From Bacillota bacterium (GTDB lineage: Bacteria; Bacillota; Clostridia; Peptostreptococcales; Anaerovoracaceae): a stretch of DNA of 64,000 nt. Of this stretch, positions 17,946 through 25,540 are shown piece after piece. The stretch spans positions 58,720 through 122,719 of the forward strand of contig JAQXQE010000015.1 of NCBI GenBank assembly GCA_029101005.1, given 5' to 3'. Below the pieces are notes generated by a model. The model had not been told where the DNA came from and ran no database searches. It worked only from the letters and a program-made list of their open reading frames with translations. The translations under genes and the position numbers were made by a program. Position 1 is the first letter of the stretch; each line of letters starts with the position of its first letter.

Positions 17946-18929
17946 TTAGTTCTTTGATGGAGCTGGTGTTGGCTCAATAACCTCTGTGTAGTGCTTCTTT
18001 CTAGCCTGGAACTCTGGATCCTTGAAGAGGTTCATGAGTCTTCCCTCGTTCTCAAAGATGTCCTGACCGTGAAGAGCTTTTCCTGAGAGGATATCATGAG
18101 CGTGGAACTCTGTAGCTGGGTCGAATGAGAACTTGATAGCTCCGTCTACAACCTTGAGCTCGCCTCTGAGTCCGCAAAGCTCGCACTCTACTGTTGTTGT
18201 TCCTGGGAATGCATAGAATGCGTTACCGTGACAGTGTGGGCAAGCGCAGTCAGCACCCTTCCAGTAATCAAGCTTGTCATTCTGCTCGTCGAAGATCATG
18301 AGGTTCTTGTCTATCATATCCTGAGCAGCCTCTACGAGGTTTCTTCCAATCTCCTGCATTCTAGCAACCTTGTCATCCTGCATGATGATGTCCTTACCCC
18401 ATGAGAAGAACTCGTTGTTAACAACCTTCCAACCAGGGCTCATAGCGAGCATAGCGTGGTCAGCCTCTGTTCTTACAGCCCAGTCTGATCCACCAACTCC
18501 TACGAATGAGATAGCCTTCTGCTTGAAGTATCTCATGTTTAGTGGCTCCTTACCCTGCTCAGCGAGCTTCTCCTGAAGTCCGAGGAGCATACCTGTGTCG
18601 TGTCCAGGACCCATTCTGTCGCAAATTGTCTTGAACATTCCGCTGCATCCTGACTCGTAGATTGGGTCTACGAAGAGAACTCCGTCAGCCTCAACCATCT
18701 TCTCGTAGAGAGCTGAGAAATCATCCTTTCTTGTGCAGATCATTCCCTTACCCATTACGAGACCTCTTGAACAAGCTACACAACCTGTGCACTGCTCGAT
18801 GTTCCAGTCGAATACGTGGATGAACTCGATCTCAGCGCCAAGCTTCTTAGCCTCCTCGAGTGCGATACGACACATAGTATCGTTATTACCGTTCTTTGTA
18901 CCTGATGTTGAAATTCCGAGAATCTTCAT
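17946..18929 (-). CDS. Flavodoxin-like NAD(P)H-dependent FMN reductase with Cys-rich insert and C-terminal CxxC...CxxC ribbon (candidate flavonoid ene-reductase)
   Basis: MKILGISTSGTKNGNNDT is a flavodoxin-fold N-terminus. CTGCVAC is a compact Cys motif as in iron-sulfur flavoproteins. The C-terminal CACPHCHG...ECELCG is a zinc-ribbon-like pair. Confidence 0.7.
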   Translation of the reverse strand: MKILGISTSGTKNGNNDTMCRIALEEAKKLGAEIEFIHVFDWNIEQCTGCVACSRGLVMGKGMICTRKDDFSALYEKMVEADGVLFVDPIYESGCSGMFKTICDRMGPGHDTGMLLGLQEKLAEQGKEPLNMRYFKQKAISFVGVGGSDWAVRTEADHAMLAMSPGWKVVNNEFFSWGKDIIMQDDKVARMQEIGRNLVEAAQDMIDKNLMIFDEQNDKLDYWKGADCACPHCHGNAFYAFPGTTTVECELCGLRGELKVVDGAIKFSFDPATEFHAHDILSGKALHGQDIFENEGRLMNLFKDPEFQARKKHYTEVIEPTPAPSKN

Positions 18930-19009
18930 TGTTTGATTTCCTCCTACTAATTACTTACCATTATATATTTTTAATGAAAAAACAACCATTGTTATATCTA
19001 ATCTTTCGA

Positions 19010-19477
19010 TTAGTGCTGCTCTGGAGCTGGCTCGTTGCAGATCTTTCTTGAGAGCTTGTCAGCTACAGGGTTCATAAGGAATGCCACGATGAATGCTACA
19101 ACGTAAGCTGGAATGAATCCTGTGATTGTTCCCATAACGAATGCGATTACTGGAGCATGTCCGATTACGAGTGTTCCAACAGCTGTCATAATGATGTCAA
19201 GAATTACTGTGAATACGAGTGAAATTACTGCATTAACCATCAGACCGAACTTCAGTGTTCCTGGCTGTGCGTGCTTAGCTGCGAAGTCAAATCCCCACTT
19301 GCCGCATGGAAGGAAGTTTACGAAGAATGTGATTACATATGCAAGTATTGACATTGCGATGAATCCTGGAAGATTCAGTGAACCTGAGAGTGTCATCATA
19401 AGAAGTGTGATGATGATTGACAGTGGAAGGTCCATAATCAGTGCATATACTGCTGTAAGTTTAGCGCTCTTTCTCAT
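19010..19477 (-). CDS. Small 4-TM membrane protein with internal two-helix duplication (DUF2798-like)
   Basis: 155 aa; two similar 2-TM halves are visible. It is the first gene after the LysR terminator/operator region and has a good RBS (AAAGGAG). Confidence 0.5.
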   Translation of the reverse strand: MRKSAKLTAVYALIMDLPLSIIITLLMMTLSGSLNLPGFIAMSILAYVITFFVNFLPCGKWGFDFAAKHAQPGTLKFGLMVNAVISLVFTVILDIIMTAVGTLVIGHAPVIAFVMGTITGFIPAYVVAFIVAFLMNPVADKLSRKICNEPAPEQH

Positions 19478-19508
19478 TTGTTAAATCTCCTTTAGTAATA
19501 GATTTGTG

Positions 19509-19552
19509 AAAAAAAATACAAGTTTTGATAACTAAAGTTTAGTCATCAAAAC
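19509..19552 (-). terminator. Hairpin plus T8 tract after lysR (terminator or attenuator)
   Basis: The minus strand reads GTTTTGATgACTAAactTTAGTtATCAAAAC followed by TTGTATTTTTTTT. The stem is AT-rich. Confidence 0.45.
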
Positions 19553-19587
19553 CTGCTTTGTACAATTCCTATCCGCTTATGCACTTC

Positions 19588-19603
19588 ATAACAAAAATGT
19601 TAT
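19588..19603. promoter_or_regulatory. Perfect inverted repeat ATAACA-N4-TGTTAT, candidate LysR operator
   Basis: It lies 10 nt downstream of the LysR stop, in the 135-nt gap before the first structural gene of the chi operon. Confidence 0.35.
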
Positions 19604-19612
19604 GGTCATAAT

Positions 19613-20494
19613 CTATTGATTATGCTTATACGTCTCCCTCAATACATCGGCCATATATCTAGCAACTGGATCATCATTACTCCTCATAATAAGCACCGAA
19701 ATTGTATCTTTCGAATCAAGTGGAACCACACCAATATCTTCAGCATTGTTAGCCCACACCCACTCGTCAGTAATGGCTACACCCATTCCATTTCTTACGC
19801 ATGTAATCATCGACTCATGGTTTGGAACAAACTGCAGAGTTGGCATGAAGTTATAAGACTGCATGCAATCTGAAATTGCCTTAGAAACCATCCTATCTAC
19901 TACGCTGTATGGTGCGAAGAATGGTACATCCTTGAAATCATATGCTGTATATGGCTCATAAGGAAAAGTTCTAGTAGAGTAGATTAAAGTCTTACCAACA
20001 TCGCAGATATCCAATGTCTCAATCTCACCGATATCGTGTACTGAATTTTTCATCGAAACAGCAATATCGAGTCCGTCGGTAAGAAGGAATGTAGACAGCT
20101 CCTTAATACCACAGCAGTTGATAATTACCTTGATGTCAGGATACACTTCGTTGAACTTGCTGATAATATTCGGAACATAGTCATAGAGATCCCAGCCCTC
20201 GAGAAAACCAAGTTTGATTACTCTCTCAGTCTTCTTCTCGAGCGCAAGTGCTTCTTTCTTCGTCCTGATGAATTCCGCCTTAAACTCTTTGAACATCTCA
20301 TAGTAGAGCTTACCAGCGTCAGTAAGTTCAGTTTTCTTATTGTTACGTTTGAATAGCTTAACGCCAAGTTCCCTCTCCATAACAGCAATCTGTCTTGAAA
20401 TTGCCGGCTGAGAGACGAATAACTCCTCTGATGTCTTTGTAAAACTCAGATTAGTGGCTACCGCCATAAAGTAATCTATCTGTACTTCATTCAT
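19613..20494 (-). CDS. LysR-family transcriptional regulator
   Basis: N-terminal wHTH FTKTSEELFVSQPAISRQIAVMERELGVKLFKR followed by a periplasmic-binding-like effector domain; 293 aa. Confidence 0.9.
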   Translation of the reverse strand: MNEVQIDYFMAVATNLSFTKTSEELFVSQPAISRQIAVMERELGVKLFKRNNKKTELTDAGKLYYEMFKEFKAEFIRTKKEALALEKKTERVIKLGFLEGWDLYDYVPNIISKFNEVYPDIKVIINCCGIKELSTFLLTDGLDIAVSMKNSVHDIGEIETLDICDVGKTLIYSTRTFPYEPYTAYDFKDVPFFAPYSVVDRMVSKAISDCMQSYNFMPTLQFVPNHESMITCVRNGMGVAITDEWVWANNAEDIGVVPLDSKDTISVLIMRSNDDPVARYMADVLRETYKHNQ

Positions 20495-20516
20495 ATCTAT
20501 TCTATATATGTACTAA

Positions 20517-20954
20517 CTATACGTTATAACCCTGTGCATCCAAATATCTCTGCAGAATAATAATAGCTGCCTGTCTGTCGATAATCTTCTTTCTATCCTG
20601 TCTCGACATATTAGCCTCAATAAGTACTTCTTCAGCCTCACAGGTTGAGAATCTCTCATCCTGCCATATAATCTTAACATTAGGAAGCCCCGTGCTTCTG
20701 AGCTTGTTCTCAAGCATTGTACGGAAATCTCTCACCTTCTGAGTCTGAATAGAATCTGTGTCATCAAGGCTCAAAGGGAGACCCATTACTACAGTCTCAC
20801 AGCCGTATTCTCGGATATAATCAATAACTTTACCAGTATCCTTACGGATACCCACCCTTTCGATTGTCGTAACTCCTGTCGCAATAATACCAAGAGGGTC
20901 GCTGACAGCGACCCCCACAGTTTTATCTCCGACATCTAAACCCAGTATCCTCAT
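20517..20954 (-). CDS. ruvX: Holliday-junction resolvase-like nuclease RuvX (YqgF)
   Basis: MRILGLDVGDKTVGVAVSD N-terminus. I chose ATG 20954, 2 nt after the upstream gene's stop, rather than the extended track start 21005, which overlaps that gene. Confidence 0.9.
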   Translation of the reverse strand: MRILGLDVGDKTVGVAVSDPLGIIATGVTTIERVGIRKDTGKVIDYIREYGCETVVMGLPLSLDDTDSIQTQKVRDFRTMLENKLRSTGLPNVKIIWQDERFSTCEAEEVLIEANMSRQDRKKIIDRQAAIIILQRYLDAQGYNV

Positions 20955-20955
20955 A

Positions 20956-21207
20956 TTACTTCTCGATTCCGAGGTAGCACTTAAGGATCTGCTCGAGAAG
21001 CTCATCTCTATCTAATCTGAGGATGATGCTTCTAGCATTGTTGTGGCTTGTGATGTATGATGGATCACCTGATGTCAGGTATCCTACAATCTGATCGATT
21101 GCATTGTAGCCACGATCTGTGAGTGCATTGTACACGTCAAGAAGAGCCTGCTTCTTGTCCATCTGACCATCCTTGAAACCTTCGAACATAAGTGTGTCTT
21201 TGCTCAT
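20956..21207 (-). CDS. UPF0297/IreB-family small regulatory phosphoprotein
   Basis: 83 aa with a NAIDQIVGYLTSGDPSYITSHNNAR block. It holds the conserved alaS-yrzL-ruvX position. Confidence 0.75.
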   Translation of the reverse strand: MSKDTLMFEGFKDGQMDKKQALLDVYNALTDRGYNAIDQIVGYLTSGDPSYITSHNNARSIILRLDRDELLEQILKCYLGIEK

Positions 21208-21222
21208 ATCTATACCTCCCGT

Positions 21223-23835
21223 CTACCTGCCGATAATCTCAGCAGCCTTCTCAAGAGCAAGATCTGCCTTTGACGCATCTTTGGCACCAGCCTGAGCCAT
21301 ATTAGCCTTACCGCCGCCGCCACCGCCAGCAACAGATGCAACTTCCTTGATAATCTTTCCAGCGTGGTAACCCTTAGCTACAAGGTCATCACTTACAGAT
21401 GCGATGAATGAAAGCTTATCGCCATTAACTGCAGCGAATACCATTACAACGCCTTCTGTCTTCTCCTTAACAGCATCAGAGATGTTTCTGAGCTGCTCAG
21501 TATCTGTATCGTCGAATCTTCTTGTGATGAGCTTAGCATCGCCAATCTGTACAGCAGAAGCGATGATATCATCGATTGCTCCGCTTACCTCATCAGCCTT
21601 GAGAGCCTTAATTGTGTTCTCAAGCTCCTTATTCTCAGCAACGAGCTGGCTTGCTCTTCTAGCAAGGTCAGCTGGCTTTGTCTTGAGAACTGCAGCAGCC
21701 TGTCCGAGGACAGCCTCCTTCTCCTCAAGGAACTTAACAACAGCAGTACCAGTAATTGCCTCAATTCTTCTTACACCTGAAGCAACACCGAACTCGCCTG
21801 TAATCTTGATAGCTCCAATCTTACCAGTGTTATCGAGATGAGTGCCTCCGCAGAACTCTACACTGTATCCACCCATATCAACTACTCTTACGATGTCTCC
21901 ATACTTCTCACCGAAGATAGCCATAGCTCCAAGCTTCTTAGCATCTTCGATAGGCATCTCCATCATAGCGATAGGAAGGAAGCGATCAATCTTCTCATTA
22001 ACGATGTCCTCAACCTTCTGAATCTCCTCAGCTGTCATAGCCTGAAAGTGGTTGAAGTCGAATCTGAGACCCTTCTCGTCAACGTACGAACCAGCCTGCA
22101 TTACGTGATCTCCGAGAACATCTCTGAGTGCCTGCTGAACAAGGTGAGTAGCACTGTGGCCTCTTGATGTTCTATGTCTTCTTGCAGCATCGATTGCTGT
22201 ATCAACCTTGTCACCAACCTTGAGCTGCATTGCTGCACCAGCATCATCAGCATCAATAACGTGAAGATAGATTCCATTCTCCTTAGTAACATCAACAACC
22301 TTGATGCAATCATCTGCAGTGCTGATAGTACCGTTATCATGGAGCTGTCCACCGCTTGTTGCATAGAATGGTGTCTCATCAAGGATAACGAACTTGCGAT
22401 CTTTATCATAATCACCTACGTACTGAACTGTAGCTGAACCAGTCTCATGGTCATATCCTGTGAAAACAGTTGCAGGAAGATTGCTGTACTCAGAAGCATC
22501 TCTCCAAGCGTCCTCATCTGTATTTCTCTGACCTGCACGAGCCATCTCCTTCTGCTGGTTCATATGCTCTGTGTAGCCATCCATATCGAGAGTCATACCA
22601 TTCTCCTCGAGAATCTCCTGTGTAACCTCTACTGGGAAGCCATATGTGTCGTAGAGCTTGAATGCTCTAGCGCCATCGAGCTCAGTCTTGCCCTGAGCCT
22701 TAACATCATTCATATAATCATCAAGGATAGCCATACCCTTATCAAGAGTCTTAGCAAACTGCTCCTCCTCGATACGGATAATCTTCTTGATGTAATCCTG
22801 CTTCTCAACGAGTTCTGAATAAGCTCCTCCGGAAACCTCGATTACCTTATCAGCCTGCTTTGAGAGGAAGTTATCATCATTGATACCAAGAAGTCTGCCG
22901 TGTCTTGCAGCTCTTCTGATGATTCTTCTGAGGATGTATCCTCTTCCCTCGTTGCTTGGAAGAACACCATCACCAATCATAAATACCATTGATCTGAGGT
23001 GGTCTGTGATGATTCTTACGCTTACATCAACCTTATGGTTGCCAGCCTGGTACTCAACGCCAGCAAGCTCTGTGATTGAATTGAGAATGTGTCTTACAGT
23101 ATCAACATCGTAGATTGAATCTACGCCCTGCATGATGCAAGCAAGTCTCTCAAGACCCATTCCTGTATCGATGTTTGGATGTGCGAGATCTGAGTATGAA
23201 CCGTCCTCTTCTCTTGAGAACTGTGTGAATACATGGTTCCAGAACTCCATATATCTGTCGCAGTCGCAACCGGGCTTGCAGTCAGGGCTTCCACATCCGT
23301 ACTCCTCACCTCTGTCGAAGTAGATCTCTGAACATGGACCGCATGGACCAAGTCCAATCTCCCAGAAGTTGTCGTCCTTTCCGAGTCTTACAATTCTCTC
23401 TTCTGGCATTCCGATTTCCTTCCAGATCTCAAACGCCTGGTCGTCATCTTCGTAGATTGTAGCCCAGAGCTTCTCTACAGGCATATGAAGCCACTCTGTG
23501 ATGAACTCCCATCCCCAGTTAAGTGACTCCTTCTTGAAGTAGTCTCCGAAACTGAAGTTACCGAGCATCTCGAAGAATGTGCCGTGTCTAGCAGTCTTAC
23601 CTACGTTCTCAATATCATTAGTTCTGATGCACTTCTGACAAGTTGTCATTCTCTTTGCTGGAGGTGTCTCTACACCTGCAAAGTATGGCTTGAGTGGTGC
23701 CATTCCTGAGTTGATGATCAGAAGGCTCTTATCATTTCTTGGGATAAGAGGTGCACTTCCGCCAGCATAATGATCCTTGCTGACAAAGAAGTCTCTAAAC
23801 ATATCTCTTAATTCATTTACGCCGATCTTTTCCAT
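21223..23835 (-). CDS. alaS: Alanine--tRNA ligase
   Basis: 870 aa with FEMLGNFSFGDYFK, the editing-domain HSATHL motif and the C-terminal DHHA1 block GGGGGGKANMAQAG. Confidence 0.97.
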   Translation of the reverse strand: MEKIGVNELRDMFRDFFVSKDHYAGGSAPLIPRNDKSLLIINSGMAPLKPYFAGVETPPAKRMTTCQKCIRTNDIENVGKTARHGTFFEMLGNFSFGDYFKKESLNWGWEFITEWLHMPVEKLWATIYEDDDQAFEIWKEIGMPEERIVRLGKDDNFWEIGLGPCGPCSEIYFDRGEEYGCGSPDCKPGCDCDRYMEFWNHVFTQFSREEDGSYSDLAHPNIDTGMGLERLACIMQGVDSIYDVDTVRHILNSITELAGVEYQAGNHKVDVSVRIITDHLRSMVFMIGDGVLPSNEGRGYILRRIIRRAARHGRLLGINDDNFLSKQADKVIEVSGGAYSELVEKQDYIKKIIRIEEEQFAKTLDKGMAILDDYMNDVKAQGKTELDGARAFKLYDTYGFPVEVTQEILEENGMTLDMDGYTEHMNQQKEMARAGQRNTDEDAWRDASEYSNLPATVFTGYDHETGSATVQYVGDYDKDRKFVILDETPFYATSGGQLHDNGTISTADDCIKVVDVTKENGIYLHVIDADDAGAAMQLKVGDKVDTAIDAARRHRTSRGHSATHLVQQALRDVLGDHVMQAGSYVDEKGLRFDFNHFQAMTAEEIQKVEDIVNEKIDRFLPIAMMEMPIEDAKKLGAMAIFGEKYGDIVRVVDMGGYSVEFCGGTHLDNTGKIGAIKITGEFGVASGVRRIEAITGTAVVKFLEEKEAVLGQAAAVLKTKPADLARRASQLVAENKELENTIKALKADEVSGAIDDIIASAVQIGDAKLITRRFDDTDTEQLRNISDAVKEKTEGVVMVFAAVNGDKLSFIASVSDDLVAKGYHAGKIIKEVASVAGGGGGGKANMAQAGAKDASKADLALEKAAEIIGR

Positions 23836-23896
23836 GGAATCTCCTTATCTATCTCAATACTTATATTTGTTAAAACTAAATTCGTAATGCGTCAAA

Positions 23897-24103
23897 CTAC
23901 GACAGGCTGGCGGCGGCGCCGTCGTTGTCAGGTTCTGCATCTAAGAATTCGATAGATTCCAGAGTCCTTGTAAGATCCGCCCTGATAGCCGCAAGGAACT
24001 CTCTTCTGAGTTCTCTCTGTTCAAGCTTCTCTTCTGCAGAAAGCTCTTCAACCTTTGACTTTCTTGCAAGCTCATTAATTCTGTCAATCTTTGACTGTTC
24101 CAT
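23897..24103 (-). CDS. DUF896 (UPF0291, YnzC-like) small helical protein
   Basis: 68 aa. IDRINELARKSK...LSAEEKLEQRELRREFLAAIR is typical of the family. Confidence 0.7.
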   Translation of the reverse strand: MEQSKIDRINELARKSKVEELSAEEKLEQRELRREFLAAIRADLTRTLESIEFLDAEPDNDGAAASLS

Positions 24104-24189
24104 AATTAGAATTTACTCCTGTGTATAGTTATTCTATGATAAAATCATTCATAAAATTTTACACCGAAACAGCCAGTCAAATCAAGCAT

Positions 24190-24618
24190 TTAGAGGCTTA
24201 TTCTGTTATAAACATACATTGTAAATGCCGATAAGAATGCATAATTCGTAGGACATTCATCAGCTCCAGAATAGATTGTTCTAAGAATATCTGAATCCTT
24301 AGTCTTCTTCCATCCACTTCTGATTGCAGTTCTGATACAGTGCTCAACAAGTGACGGCGAGGTGCTGTAAAGTGCAGCAACAGGTCTGTACACATCCTTT
24401 GTGATTATCGCATGTGCGAGTCCCTTTCTCATCATCAGTCTTACTGAATCAATGATATAGTTGAAGCCCTTATACGATGGTGCAATACCTATATCAATTA
24501 ATGACTTGGTAATCTCCTTGATGAGGCAAAGCTCCTTCTCCGGATCACTGATATACTCTACTTCAAACTCCTTAAGATGGATGATAGGAGTCATCTCAAA
24601 ATTATTGTCGCTCATATT
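24190..24618 (-). CDS. Stand-alone Spo0A C-terminal (DNA-binding) domain protein
   Basis: The blocks YKGFNYIIDSVRLMM, ITKDVYRPVAALYSTSPSLVEHCIRTAIRSGW and CPTNYAFLSAF parallel the Spo0A effector-domain blocks [42 protein letters not shown] and PTNSEFIAMVA. No receiver domain is present. The start is set at ATG 24618, with GGAGG 6 nt upstream. Confidence 0.7.
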   Translation of the reverse strand, partial: NMSDNNFEMTPIIHLKEFEVEYISDPEKELCLIKEITKSLIDIGIAPSYKGFNYIIDSVRLMMRKGLAHAIITKDVYRPVAALYSTSPSLVEHCIRTAIRSGWKKTKDSDILRTIYSGADECPTNYAFLSAFTMYVYNRISL

Positions 24619-24631
24619 ATACCTCCCCAAA

Positions 24632-25246
24632 TTAGACTGTAATTCTATCTTTGTTCTTATCGAAGATTGAATCACCTATACCTTTAACGTTCTTCAGCTC
24701 ATCAACTGATTTGAATCTATTGCTCTCCCTATATTCAATTATTCTGTCAGCAATAACATCACCAACACCTGTCAGTTGTTTGAGTTCATCTCTTGATGCA
24801 GTATTTATATTTATCTTAGAATTGTAACTCGTGCTAGTTCCAGATGATCCAGTATTGTTATTACTCTCTGAATCCACTTGTACTTCAGCTTGCTTTGCCG
24901 GAATGATAATCTTCTGCCCATCCTCAACATAATCGGCCTGATTAATCGAATCCAGATCAGCATCTGAGCTCAGTCCTCCCGCCATCTCAATTACTTCAAA
25001 TAGCCTGGTATCGACGTCAACTTCGTATATCCCTGGATTCTTGACCTCACCACTGATGTCGACATAGGCTATAATATCTGTCTGTGTATCAACATCATCA
25101 GCATGAACCGACGAGTTTCCAAACAACCTGAGCCCGAGAGCTGTTACAAGAATTAATGCTATTGCAATCAGTTTGCCTGCATTTTTCTTATTATCCCTAA
25201 ACCAGTGTATGGCAGAATCAATCACTTCTTCTATTCGTTCTTTCAT
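24632..25246 (-). CDS. comEA: ComEA-family DNA-binding competence protein
   Basis: N-terminal TM anchor, an SLBB-like middle region, and a C-terminal tandem helix-hairpin-helix (ININTASRDELKQLTGVGDVIADRIIEYR...LKNVKGIGD). Confidence 0.8.
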   Translation of the reverse strand: MKERIEEVIDSAIHWFRDNKKNAGKLIAIALILVTALGLRLFGNSSVHADDVDTQTDIIAYVDISGEVKNPGIYEVDVDTRLFEVIEMAGGLSSDADLDSINQADYVEDGQKIIIPAKQAEVQVDSESNNNTGSSGTSTSYNSKININTASRDELKQLTGVGDVIADRIIEYRESNRFKSVDELKNVKGIGDSIFDKNKDRITV

Positions 25247-25465
25247 ATTATCCTCCCCCTATGCAATCAAAGATTAGAAATATAGTGTGTTTCTCGAGAA
25301 AACTGTGTAAGAGAATAGTAACCAAATGCACGTCCCATTGCAAAACTTGGCTACTTGCAGTAAATTCCCTCAAATCAACATTTTTTTCACGAAATCCTAC
25401 AAAATCTTCCCGAATTGACTCTCTTGTCAGTTAATACAAACAGAAGAAAAACAAACAAAAACAAA

Positions 25466-25492
25466 GAAAAACAAGAGGCAATAGCCTCTTGT
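25466..25492 (-). terminator. obg terminator
   Basis: The minus strand reads ACAAGAGGC-tatt-GCCTCTTGT followed by TTTTTCTTTGTTTTTG. Confidence 0.75.
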
Positions 25493-25540
25493 CTATGCGT
25501 TTTCACTATATATGGTATTGAATCAACAAATGATACATAA

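Noticed and set aside
23836-23896. Possible T-box leader upstream of alaS
   Set aside because: Only 61 nt separate alaS from the preceding gene. That is too short for a T-box (about 200 nt or more), and no T-box consensus was seen.
25441-25470. A/C-rich periodic tract (gaaaaacaaacaaaaacaaagaaaaac) that looks repeat-like
   Set aside because: It is simply the extended U-tract of the obg terminator seen on the opposite strand. It is neither a CRISPR array nor a tandem repeat array.
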